64,000 bases of DNA from Thermodesulfobacteriota bacterium (GTDB lineage Bacteria > Desulfobacterota > Desulfarculia > JACQYL01): positions 768,001-832,000 of the forward strand of contig CAXXLZ010000001.1 of assembly GCA_963675595.2 (NCBI GenBank), written 5' to 3'. The position numbers and the translations under genes were made by a program. Below are positions 19,685 through 28,553 of the stretch, in pieces (within the stretch, counting starts at the first letter, position 1; each line of letters starts with the position of its first letter). The notes beneath the pieces were generated by a model that was given only the letters and a program-made list of their open reading frames with translations, made no database searches and was not told the origin of the DNA.

Positions 19685-20896
19685 CTACACCAACCACCGT
19701 ACGTGGTAGTCCGCCTTTTCCAACCGATCGACGATATCTTGCGAATGTTCGGCGTCCCGCGTTTCGAGGTTGAGTTGTACCCGGGAGAATTTGATGGGCG
19801 TTTGCAGGGATAGGCGGTCGTGAACGATGTGCAGGATATTGGCTTCGAGTTCGGCGACAATGCCCAGGAGGTTCCAAAGGGCCCCCGGCACGTCCGGCAG
19901 GTCCAGTTCCAGACGGATCAGCCTTCCCATGCGCATGGCGCCACGCTGGAGAATGCGGTCGATGACTGCGGTTTCGACGTTGCCGCCGCTCACGATGAGA
20001 ACATAACGCCTGCTTTGGATGTGGATTCGTCGTTCCATCAGGGCGGCCAGGGGGACCGCGCCCGCTCCCTCCACGACCAGACCGGCGCGTTCAATAAAGG
20101 TGAAAACGGCTCCGGCGATGGCCTCTTCATCCACGGTGACGATTTCGTCCACGAAGTCCCGCATGATGTCATAGGTCAGGTCGCCGGTCTTGCTCACGGC
20201 GATTCCGTCGGCCAGTGTGGGCAACGCATCCACCCGGATGGGCTTCCCCATTTCTCGTGATGCCTGCGCCGAGGGGCAGCTTTGCGTTTGGACTCCCACA
20301 ACGCGCACGGCGGGATTGATGGATTTGACCGCCGTTGCGATACCTGAAATGAGCCCTCCTCCTCCAACGGGCACCACCACCGTGGTGTCCGGAGTGAGGA
20401 CCTCGTTGATCTCGACTCCTATAGTCCCCTGGCCGGCCATAACGTGAAGATCGTCAAAAGCCGGGATCAGTACCTTCCCGGACTTTGCGGAGAGTTCCGC
20501 GGCATGGGTTTTCGCGTCATCAAAACAGGAGCCGTGGAGCACGACTTGGGCCCCCATTTCCCGGACGGCGGCCAATTTGCGAATGGACGCGTTCTTCGGC
20601 ATGACCACGGTGGCCCGTAATCCGAGCCGGTTCGCGGCCCAGGCCACTCCCTGTGCATGGTTGCCCGCGGAGGCGGCCACCACACCTTCGGCTCTCTCGT
20701 CTTCCGTGAGGCGCAGGAGGCGATTGTAGGCGCCCCTTACCTTGAAGGAACCGGTTTCCTGAAGGTTTTCCAGTTTGAGGCAGACCTCCGCCCCCACCTG
20801 ACGACTCAATGAGCCCGAACGTATCAGGGGAGTGGCGGGAAGCACTTGTTGCAGCGTCGTGTGAGCGCTGCGAATGTCTTCAATGGTGAGGTGCAT
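19685..20896 (-). CDS. ilvA: Threonine/serine ammonia-lyase with C-terminal ACT domain
   Basis: PLP lysine motif KLENLQETGSFKVRGA, SAGNHAQG, PVGGGGL, SGGN, and ACT segment 'LPDVPGAL'. Confidence 0.92.
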   Translation of the reverse strand: MHLTIEDIRSAHTTLQQVLPATPLIRSGSLSRQVGAEVCLKLENLQETGSFKVRGAYNRLLRLTEDERAEGVVAASAGNHAQGVAWAANRLGLRATVVMPKNASIRKLAAVREMGAQVVLHGSCFDDAKTHAAELSAKSGKVLIPAFDDLHVMAGQGTIGVEINEVLTPDTTVVVPVGGGGLISGIATAVKSINPAVRVVGVQTQSCPSAQASREMGKPIRVDALPTLADGIAVSKTGDLTYDIMRDFVDEIVTVDEEAIAGAVFTFIERAGLVVEGAGAVPLAALMERRIHIQSRRYVLIVSGGNVETAVIDRILQRGAMRMGRLIRLELDLPDVPGALWNLLGIVAELEANILHIVHDRLSLQTPIKFSRVQLNLETRDAEHSQDIVDRLEKADYHVRWLV

Positions 20897-20954
20897 GGCG
20901 GCGTTCCGTAACGGCATGGACTCAAGTGGGTTGGGCGTAAAATTCGACGGATGA

Positions 20955-21425
20955 TCAGAGATCAAGAATTCGTTTCAATGCCGAGGGCTCTAATCGAAAG
21001 GGACTTCCTTTGCCTTGGTAAAAGCCGTGGTCATGGATCATATGCACGACCAAGTCGGTGTAGCTGATCTTTTCGCCGGTTTCTTTTTTCTCCAGTCGAA
21101 CCATCCCCTTACGGTAAAGTCCCGGATGGGGCCAGGGACAGGCGATTTTTCCCCGGGCTTCTTGAACTTCCACCAGGAAAGCTCCTTCCACTTCCACCGG
21201 CTCCCCCCATCCTTTTCTGCCTTCTTCCATAAGCAGATGTAACCGATCCGCGATTTGCTCATGCGTGAGGCCCAAGGAATGGACCGTACAATCGTCTCCG
21301 CTCAGGATTTCGATCAAACGTCGGTCGTCTTGACCCATGAAGCCGTGAGCAGGAGAGGCCCGAAGTCTCATCTTCTCTTCCAACCGATCCAGCCACGGAC
21401 CTTGGATCACCCGGTCCTGCGCCAT
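20955..21425 (-). CDS. Hypothetical protein with CPWxH and HxxxxHGFYxG motifs
   Basis: 156-aa ORF with GAGGAG RBS, packed between the NqrF-like gene and ilvA. Confidence 0.7.
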   Translation of the reverse strand: MAQDRVIQGPWLDRLEEKMRLRASPAHGFMGQDDRRLIEILSGDDCTVHSLGLTHEQIADRLHLLMEEGRKGWGEPVEVEGAFLVEVQEARGKIACPWPHPGLYRKGMVRLEKKETGEKISYTDLVVHMIHDHGFYQGKGSPFRLEPSALKRILDL

Positions 21426-21446
21426 GCATTCGCTCCTCGGGGTAGG

Positions 21447-22550
21447 TCAGGCAAACTTGTCATAGAATATTTGTTCCTTGGGAACGCCCATTTGGGTAAG
21501 CTGCTGCTCGACGGACTCCACCATGGCCGGATTTCCGCAGATATAGGCTTCCACATTGGAGGGGTCCTTAACGAGATCGGGGATGACATCGGTAACACGA
21601 CCCCGCGGGCCTTCCCATTGCTCATGTTCTTCGGGTCTGGAAAGGGTGTGTACGACCTTGAGATCGGGAATCCGTTCTTTCAGCCGGTTCAGTTCCTCGA
21701 GGTAAAACAGGTCTCCCATACGGCGGGCCCCGAAGACCAGAAAGACTTTGCGGCGAATGTTTTCGTCCGCCAAGTGGTGCAGGATGGACATGATGGGGGC
21801 GAGTCCGGAGCCTGTGGCCACCAACAGAACATCCCGCTCCGAATCTCTGAGGTAGAATTCTCCATGGGGACCGTTAAGAAGCGTTTCGTCCCCTTCGTTC
21901 AGATGTTCATGCACGTAAGTCGTGGCGATGCCTTGGGGCACACGCGTAATGATCAGGTGAATTTCTTCGCCTTTGCTCGCCGGTGAAGCGATGGAATAGG
22001 CGCGATAAACCGGCTCGTCCGAATCTCCGTATTCGGGGATTCGAAGCTGGACGAACTGGCCGGCCTTGAATTCCATCACGGGCGGATCGACGAGTTTCAA
22101 GCGGACCTCCTTCATATCCTCGGCGATGTCTCGAAGTCCCGATATCCTGGCCGTGAACTCCTTAATGTAAAACAACTCGGGTGGAATGTGGATGGCCAGA
22201 TCGTTGCGAACCTTCACCTGGCAGGAAAGTCGAACTTGGTCCTCGATTTCCTTCTTGTCCAGATAAGGCGTCTCCGTGGGCAAGAGGGGACCGGCTCCTT
22301 CGGAAACCTTGACCTTGCAGAGACCGCAGCTTCCTCTCCCGCCGCAAGCCGAAGGAATGAAAATACCTTCGTCGGTCAATATCCCCAGCAGGTGTCCTCC
22401 CCCTTGGACCACCAGTTCCCGATCGCCTTCATTGATGGAAATCCTGCACTCTCCATAATCTGCGAAATAGGAATCGGCGGTTTCGAGGCACAAAGCGAGG
22501 AACCCCGCGAGTGCGCTCAATGCCAGAATTCCTACGAAAACACTCACCAT
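21447..22550 (-). CDS. nqrF: NqrF-like membrane-anchored [2Fe-2S]/FAD NAD(P)H oxidoreductase
   Basis: N-terminal TM helix, CGGRGSCGLC...RLSC, RAYSIAS, ATGSGLAP, YICG, terminal DKFA. Confidence 0.85.
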   Translation of the reverse strand: MVSVFVGILALSALAGFLALCLETADSYFADYGECRISINEGDRELVVQGGGHLLGILTDEGIFIPSACGGRGSCGLCKVKVSEGAGPLLPTETPYLDKKEIEDQVRLSCQVKVRNDLAIHIPPELFYIKEFTARISGLRDIAEDMKEVRLKLVDPPVMEFKAGQFVQLRIPEYGDSDEPVYRAYSIASPASKGEEIHLIITRVPQGIATTYVHEHLNEGDETLLNGPHGEFYLRDSERDVLLVATGSGLAPIMSILHHLADENIRRKVFLVFGARRMGDLFYLEELNRLKERIPDLKVVHTLSRPEEHEQWEGPRGRVTDVIPDLVKDPSNVEAYICGNPAMVESVEQQLTQMGVPKEQIFYDKFA

Positions 22551-22560
22551 GGATCGGACC

Positions 22561-23154
22561 TCACTGCATCTGGATCATGCCGCTGAAACCCATGAATGCG
22601 AGGGCCATCAGACCGGCAATAATGAGGCTGATCCCGGGACCCTCCAAAGGGGTCGGGATTTTGGCTTTGGCGAGCTTCTCCCGGATGCCGCCCATGGCCA
22701 CGATGGCCAAAGTCCATCCGATTCCTCCTCCGGCACCGTAGGCCACGGATTGGACAAAAGAGTAGTTACGGATGATCATGAAAAGGCAAACCCCAAGAAT
22801 TGCACAATTCACGGTGATCAATGGAAGAAATACGCCCAGGACGACGTAAAGTACCGGAGAATAGCGTTCAATGACCATTTCAACCAACTGAACAAAAGCG
22901 GCGATAACGATGATAAACGCGATGAAACGAAAGTGCTCAAGGCCGAAGGGCACGAGGAGTTGGTGATAGACGAGATGGTTCAGCCCGGACGTGCACGTCA
23001 TCACGAAAATGACTGCCAAGCCCAAGCCGAGTGCCGGCTTCACCTCCCTCGATATGGCCAGGAAGGAGCACATACCCAGGAAGTTGGTCAGCAGGATGTT
23101 GTTCGTAAAGATCGCCGCGAAAAAGATTACGAACGCGGTGGTGCCTAGTTCCAT
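22561..23154 (-). CDS. nqrE: NqrE/RnfA family membrane subunit
   Basis: Cys-containing motifs FLGMCSFLAIS and LPLITVNCAILG. Confidence 0.88.
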   Translation of the reverse strand: MELGTTAFVIFFAAIFTNNILLTNFLGMCSFLAISREVKPALGLGLAVIFVMTCTSGLNHLVYHQLLVPFGLEHFRFIAFIIVIAAFVQLVEMVIERYSPVLYVVLGVFLPLITVNCAILGVCLFMIIRNYSFVQSVAYGAGGGIGWTLAIVAMGGIREKLAKAKIPTPLEGPGISLIIAGLMALAFMGFSGMIQMQ

Positions 23155-23164
23155 GGGAAATCCT

Positions 23165-23800
23165 TCAACGTGCGGCCGTTTCCGCGCCGCCTTCCTTCTT
23201 GTCGGATTTGGATCCGGCGGCGCGGACGATCCAAATCACCACGGCCAGCATAAAAAAGGCTCCGGGCGGCATTACCATTATCGTCCAGCGGGTCATGTCC
23301 GATGGGGTTACCGGGTAACCGAAAACCGTTCCGAACCCCAGAAGTTCCCTGACGAAGGCCACGGCGAGAAGTACCAGCGCATATCCCAATCCCGAAGCGA
23401 TACCGTCGATGAAACTCGGCCACGGAGGATTGTTCCTGGCGAAGGCTTCGCATCTTCCCATAATGATGCAGTTGGTGATGATGAGCCCCACGTATGCGCC
23501 CAACGCTTCGCTGATATCCGGCAGGTAGGCCTTCAGCAAAATATCCACGATGATTACGTAGGAAGCGATGATCAGGGTTTGAACCATCATCCGGATGCGT
23601 GAGGGCGTCACCTTTCTCAAAATGGAGACGGTGACACAGGATAGAGAGGTGACGAAAATAAGGCTGACGCCCATGATCAGGGTATTCAACATGAGATTCG
23701 TTACGGCCAGAGCCGAACAAATTCCGAGGATCTGCCTGAATACGGGGTTCTCTTCCCACAACCCCTTGATCATGATTTTTCGAGTGCCGATGTGACCCAC
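23165..23800 (-). CDS. nqrD: NqrD/RnfE family membrane subunit
   Basis: NP..QILGICSALAVT and VGLIITNCIIMGR. Confidence 0.88.
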   Translation of the reverse strand: MGHIGTRKIMIKGLWEENPVFRQILGICSALAVTNLMLNTLIMGVSLIFVTSLSCVTVSILRKVTPSRIRMMVQTLIIASYVIIVDILLKAYLPDISEALGAYVGLIITNCIIMGRCEAFARNNPPWPSFIDGIASGLGYALVLLAVAFVRELLGFGTVFGYPVTPSDMTRWTIMVMPPGAFFMLAVVIWIVRAAGSKSDKKEGGAETAAR

Positions 23801-23816
23801 AATTGACCTCTTGACC

Positions 23817-24470
23817 TTATTTGGACCCTATTCGTTTTCCCGACAACTCGGCGAGTTGGGGCAGCACCCTGTGGATACTCGCGTTTATGAGCCGCTCGAC
23901 GGCTTTGCTGGTACCCGTGGCGCCGGTGACGGCATCGACTTCGTTCGCCCCTTTGACGGCTTCGGGCGGGCGCAGCCGGAAAAATACTTCGTCCGGGGCC
24001 GGCGATGAGGGAAGCATTTTACCTTTGAATTGCTCGGTGAACCAGGATTCGCTGATTCTACCACCCAGTCCGGGTGTCTCGGAATGCTTGTAAAAGGCGA
24101 CACCAAGGACCTCTCGAAGATCGGGACCTAGACCCATCATGCCGTGAATGGGACCCCAGAATCCCGGTCCCGACAGTTGAAAGGCATAACCCACGGTCCC
24201 GGCGCCGTGATCCGATTTGCCGATGTATACGGGACCGGACTCCAATTGCACCGTTTTCACCCTGTTCTTGAACAGCTCCAACACCCCCTGACCTTCGACA
24301 CCGGGAGGCACCGAAATATTCAGAACTTTGAGGATGATCCCCTCTAATTTGATCCGGTCGTTGGTTTCGATTCTGTCCTGGTTCAATCCATACACGATGC
24401 TGACCACCGTGCCGAAGAACAGGGTGATCAGGAACATGTACAAAACCGAAAATGCCCTGTTTCGTTTCAT
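23817..24470 (-). CDS. nqrC: NqrC/RnfG family FMN-binding subunit
   Basis: GPGFWGPI, HSETPGLG, and flavinylation motif DAVTGAT. Confidence 0.88.
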   Translation of the reverse strand: MKRNRAFSVLYMFLITLFFGTVVSIVYGLNQDRIETNDRIKLEGIILKVLNISVPPGVEGQGVLELFKNRVKTVQLESGPVYIGKSDHGAGTVGYAFQLSGPGFWGPIHGMMGLGPDLREVLGVAFYKHSETPGLGGRISESWFTEQFKGKMLPSSPAPDEVFFRLRPPEAVKGANEVDAVTGATGTSKAVERLINASIHRVLPQLAELSGKRIGSK

Positions 24471-25435
24471 GCCTTTTTTTCACCGCGGTGCTGTAGTTCT
24501 TTGACGGCGATATCCATCACTGCCGCGAAGGTGTTCATGAAAAGGACGGAAAACATGAATCCTTCGGCGAAACTCGAATAGGCTCGAAAGGTCATGCACA
24601 GGCCCCCCACGATAAACCCGTAGATCCATTGGGCCGGTTTTGTTTTGGGCCCGGTGATGGGTTCGGTGACCACGAAAAAAGCGCCGAACAGAAAAGAGCC
24701 GGCCAGCATTGAAGTCAGGGGATCCTGCACGTTCACGCCGGCCCACCACAGGAGGATGCTCACAATGGCGGCTCCCAGCAGGCACGACACGGCGAGACGC
24801 CAGGGAGCGGATTTCTTAAAGATGATGTAGGCACCGCCGATGAGTATCAACCAAGCGGCGGTTTCCCCCAGGGAACCGGACACCGTGCCCCAAAACAGAC
24901 CCTCCGTGGATACGTTCCCTCCTTCGGCGAGTACCTGCAAGGGGGTGGCGCGACTCACGGCGTCCACGGACGGAGTCCAGTGAAGAAAACCTCCGGGGAA
25001 TTGGGAAAAGGGCTCGACCCACTTGTTGGTCATGGCCGTGGGAAACGCTATGTAGATGAAACAGCGGCCGGCCATGGCCGGATTAAACGCATTGAAGCCG
25101 AAGCCCCCAAAGACCATCTTTCCGAATACCACCGCAAACAATATCCCTACCAGGGCCATCCAGAAAGGGATCGTGGGCGGCAGACTCAGAGTATAAATCA
25201 GTGAGGTCACCAGCACGGCGGAAGTGATGGGCTTGCCTTGTTTCAACGTGAACAGACCTTCGGCAATCACGGCGGCCGCAGTGACCATGAGCAGGAGAAC
25301 CAACGACCGAACTCCGAAAAAGAAAACCGAGGCCGCCAGACACGGCGCCAGACCGTAACACACGTGCACCATCATGGGTTGCACGAGGAATCTCTTCTTG
25401 CCCTTGGGGGCTGCTTTGGCTTCCTGTGGGGTCAC
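24467..25435 (-). CDS. NqrB/RnfD family membrane subunit (short, RnfD-sized)
   Basis: KMVFGGFGFNAFNPA, flavinylation motif DAVSRATPL, GSLGET, TEPITGP. 322 aa. Confidence 0.88.
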   Translation of the reverse strand: MTPQEAKAAPKGKKRFLVQPMMVHVCYGLAPCLAASVFFFGVRSLVLLLMVTAAAVIAEGLFTLKQGKPITSAVLVTSLIYTLSLPPTIPFWMALVGILFAVVFGKMVFGGFGFNAFNPAMAGRCFIYIAFPTAMTNKWVEPFSQFPGGFLHWTPSVDAVSRATPLQVLAEGGNVSTEGLFWGTVSGSLGETAAWLILIGGAYIIFKKSAPWRLAVSCLLGAAIVSILLWWAGVNVQDPLTSMLAGSFLFGAFFVVTEPITGPKTKPAQWIYGFIVGGLCMTFRAYSSFAEGFMFSVLFMNTFAAVMDIAVKELQHRGEKKA

Positions 25436-25551
25436 ATTCCGATCCGAAAGTTAACGATTCTCCGCGGCGAACTCCGATCCCGCACGTCCCGCACACCACC
25501 GCAGTTTAGATTTCGTTGCAGGCGATTTCAACAGAAGAAGAAATATCCGGA

Positions 25552-25580
25552 ATTATATATCTTGGAGGGCCTGATGAGAA
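25552..25580 (-). promoter_or_regulatory. Candidate sigma70 promoter for the nqr-like genes
   Basis: Minus strand TTCTCA-N17-TATAAT in the 236-bp spacer between lpdA and the NqrB/RnfD gene. Confidence 0.45.
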
Positions 25581-25671
25581 AGCCTTGCGAAGGGCCGGAT
25601 GTATTCGGCGAGATCGGCCCTCCCTACCGGTGCGCCCGGCGCAGCGGGCGTCACTCGCCGGTCTGACGCGG

Positions 25672-27120
25672 TTATTGCTCCACATGTGCTCGGTTCTTCC
25701 CGCTTTTTGGAAGGACATGCGTGGATGTTCCCATGATGATCTCGGCGGCTTCACCTTCGGTTTCCGACAGAGTCGGGTGCGCATGAATGGTGAGCGCCAA
25801 GTCTTCGGCCACAGCGCCCATCTCCATGGCGAGGACCGCTTCCGCTATGATTCCTTCGGCCTGGCGTCCCACGACTCCGACGCCCAGAATTCTACCGTCC
25901 TCCGGGTTTACGATCATTTTGGTCATTCCTTCGGGCGCCTCCATACTCAAGGCACGCCCGGAGTATTTCCAGGGGAAGCGTGACACTTCCACCCTGATTC
26001 CTTTGGCTCGGGCCGACTCTTCAGTAAGGCCGCACCATGCGATCTGGGGTGTGGTGTACACCACCGCGGGAATCGCCCGTACGTCGAACGCCGACGACTT
26101 CCCGGCGATGACTTCGGCGGCGATCTTGCCCTCACGCATGGCCTTGTGGGCCAGCATGTATCCACCGACCACATCGCCGATCGCCAGAATTTTGGGGTCG
26201 GAGGTTCGTTGTTGATCGTCCGCTACCACGTAACCCCGGTCATTGAGTTTCACTTGCGTGTTTTCGAGTCCCAATCCCTGAGTGTTCGGGTCCCTGCCGA
26301 CGGCTACGAGCACCCGATCGAATGTCCGATCGGCGTTTTCCCCCTCTCCCTCAAGAGAAACCTCCACACGGTCGTCGAACTCCTTCAAGGATTTGACTTT
26401 CGTGTTGAAGTGAATCGCTTTGAAAGCGCTCTCGAGTCTTCGTTTCAGGGGCGCCACCAAATCCGGATCCGCCGGACGCACCAATCGGTCCCTGTGCACC
26501 ACCAGGGTGATTTCCGTGCCCAAAGAGGCGTACACGGAGCCCATTTCCAACGCTACGTAGCCTCCCCCCACGATAAGCATGGACTTCGGGATATCAGATA
26601 ATTTGAGAGCTCCGGTAGAACCGAAAACACGGCCGTCTTCGTTGATGGAGATACCTTGAAGAGTGCTGGGCCGGGAACCGGTGGCCAGGATTGCGTGACG
26701 GAAACGAATGCGGCGCACTTCGGCGTCCTGGAGGCGCACCGTGTCCGAGCTCTCAAAGGTCGTTTTTCCCTTGATGAATTGAACGCCGCGCTTCTTGCAC
26801 AATTCCAGAAGACCGTCTGTGAGCTTACTCACCACGCCGTCTTTCCAACCGCGAATCTTATCGACGTCGATTTTCGGCTCCCCGAAGGTAAGGCCGAAAG
26901 CGGAGGCCTCTTGCGCGTCGTTGATCAATTCGGACACGTGGAGCAAGGCCTTGGAAGGGATGCAGCCCCGATTGAGGCAGACGCCTCCCGGCTTGGGGTC
27001 CATATCCACCATGGCTACATCCAGGCCGAGGTCGGCCGCTCGAAAGGCCGCCGCATATCCACCCGGACCGCTGCCGACGACCAGCAGCTCAACGTCTTCC
27101 GTGAATTCGCCCATGACCAT
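25672..27120 (-). CDS. lpdA: Dihydrolipoamide dehydrogenase (E3) with NADP-type fingerprint
   Basis: GSGPGGY, redox disulfide GGVCLNRGCIPSK, HAHPTLSE. Confidence 0.95.
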   Translation of the reverse strand: MVMGEFTEDVELLVVGSGPGGYAAAFRAADLGLDVAMVDMDPKPGGVCLNRGCIPSKALLHVSELINDAQEASAFGLTFGEPKIDVDKIRGWKDGVVSKLTDGLLELCKKRGVQFIKGKTTFESSDTVRLQDAEVRRIRFRHAILATGSRPSTLQGISINEDGRVFGSTGALKLSDIPKSMLIVGGGYVALEMGSVYASLGTEITLVVHRDRLVRPADPDLVAPLKRRLESAFKAIHFNTKVKSLKEFDDRVEVSLEGEGENADRTFDRVLVAVGRDPNTQGLGLENTQVKLNDRGYVVADDQQRTSDPKILAIGDVVGGYMLAHKAMREGKIAAEVIAGKSSAFDVRAIPAVVYTTPQIAWCGLTEESARAKGIRVEVSRFPWKYSGRALSMEAPEGMTKMIVNPEDGRILGVGVVGRQAEGIIAEAVLAMEMGAVAEDLALTIHAHPTLSETEGEAAEIIMGTSTHVLPKSGKNRAHVEQ

Positions 27121-27197
27121 GAAATGCTACCTCCCGTGTTTGAATACCTCGCTCAAAACCGTTCCTGATCCGATGCGGATCGGCGGCAAGCCGCGAA

Positions 27198-28541
27198 TCA
27201 GATGACCATGAGTAATCGCTCGGGATCCTCCAATGCCTTGACGATTTCGATCAGGAAGCGTTCGGCGTCCGCCCCGTCGAGTACCCTGTGATCGAAAGAA
27301 AGCATGATGGGCAGAATCAACCTGGGTTTGATTTCATAGTCTCCGTTTTCCACGTCCCCTTGGACGACGGGCTGCCATGAAGCCCGGGCAAGCCCCAAAA
27401 TGGCCGCCTCAGGATAATTGATGATGGGGGCGAAGGCGGTTCCCCCCAAAGGACCGATGTTTGTAATGGTGAAGGTGCCGCCCTGCATTTCTTCCAGTTT
27501 GATTTTTCGGTCTCGGGTTCTTTGGGACAGCTCGAAAAGTTCCACCGCCAGTTCGCGGATGCTTTTGCGGTCCACGTCGCGGATCACCGGTACGATGAGT
27601 CCGTCCGGCGTGTCCACGGCTACTCCGATATGATAATATTTCTTCAGAATGATTTCTTCGGATTCCATGTCCAACGAGGCGTTGAAGCGGGGGAATTTCT
27701 TCAAGGCGGCAACGGCCGCTTTCAGGGCGAACACCGTGAGCGTAAGTCGGCCGCCGAGTTCCTCGATTTCCTGTTTATGCTTTTTCCGCAGGGCGTCCAG
27801 TTGGGTGATATCCGCGATTTCCTGGCTGCCCACATGAGGGATCTGCGCCCATGCCAGGGCCATCTGACGGGCGGTGGCTTTCCGCACCGAACGCAGGGGG
27901 ATCCTTTCCACTTCTCCCCATTTACCCATGTCCGGAAGAGTGGGGGCCTTGGTGGATGGGGCTTCGACCGGTCGAGCTGCTTTTTCCTGTCTCGTCGGGG
28001 TCGCTTCCGCTTGTGCCGAAAAGGCCTTAACGTCTTCGGAGGTTACCCGTCCCGAAGGGCCGGACGGAGTCACCCGGTGCAGGTCGACTCCCAACTCGCG
28101 AGCGAGACGCCTGGTAGCCGGAGAGGCCGGAACCGGTCCTTGCTCCGTGGTCTTCGCCTCCTCCCGACCTTGCTTCGAGGGTTCGGGTTTGGGTTGCTCG
28201 GGAGGTTTCTTCTTGGGTTCCTCTCCCTCGGCCTTGGCCTTCTCGTCTTCTTCCTTCTCGGGCTTGGCTGAGGCGGACGACGGCTCCTGTTTCGGGGGCG
28301 CCGCTCCGTCGGAAAAGGTCACGAGCACATCTCCCACGTGAACCACATCGCGCACTTGCACCGAGATCTTTTCCACGGCTCCTGTGAAGGGGGACGGAAT
28401 CTCAACGGTGGCTTTGTCCGTTTCGACCTCGAGAATGGGGTCTCCTTCCTCGACTTGGTCCCCTTGGTTGACCAGAATGGAGACAATTTCTCCTTCGTGG
28501 ATTCCTTCTCCCAGATCGGGCAGCTTGAATTCCGCAGACAT
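27198..28541 (-). CDS. pdhC: Dihydrolipoamide acyltransferase (E2), single lipoyl domain
   Basis: Lipoyl motif EVETDKA, E3-binding ASPATRRLARELGVDL, catalytic FDHRVLDG. Confidence 0.93.
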   Translation of the reverse strand: MSAEFKLPDLGEGIHEGEIVSILVNQGDQVEEGDPILEVETDKATVEIPSPFTGAVEKISVQVRDVVHVGDVLVTFSDGAAPPKQEPSSASAKPEKEEDEKAKAEGEEPKKKPPEQPKPEPSKQGREEAKTTEQGPVPASPATRRLARELGVDLHRVTPSGPSGRVTSEDVKAFSAQAEATPTRQEKAARPVEAPSTKAPTLPDMGKWGEVERIPLRSVRKATARQMALAWAQIPHVGSQEIADITQLDALRKKHKQEIEELGGRLTLTVFALKAAVAALKKFPRFNASLDMESEEIILKKYYHIGVAVDTPDGLIVPVIRDVDRKSIRELAVELFELSQRTRDRKIKLEEMQGGTFTITNIGPLGGTAFAPIINYPEAAILGLARASWQPVVQGDVENGDYEIKPRLILPIMLSFDHRVLDGADAERFLIEIVKALEDPERLLMVI

Positions 28542-28553
28542 GGGTTCTCCTCG

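Noticed and set aside
25436-25671. Possible remnant of nqrA/rnfC
   Set aside because: No recognisable Fe-S or FMN motif fragments; it looks like a promoter-bearing spacer.
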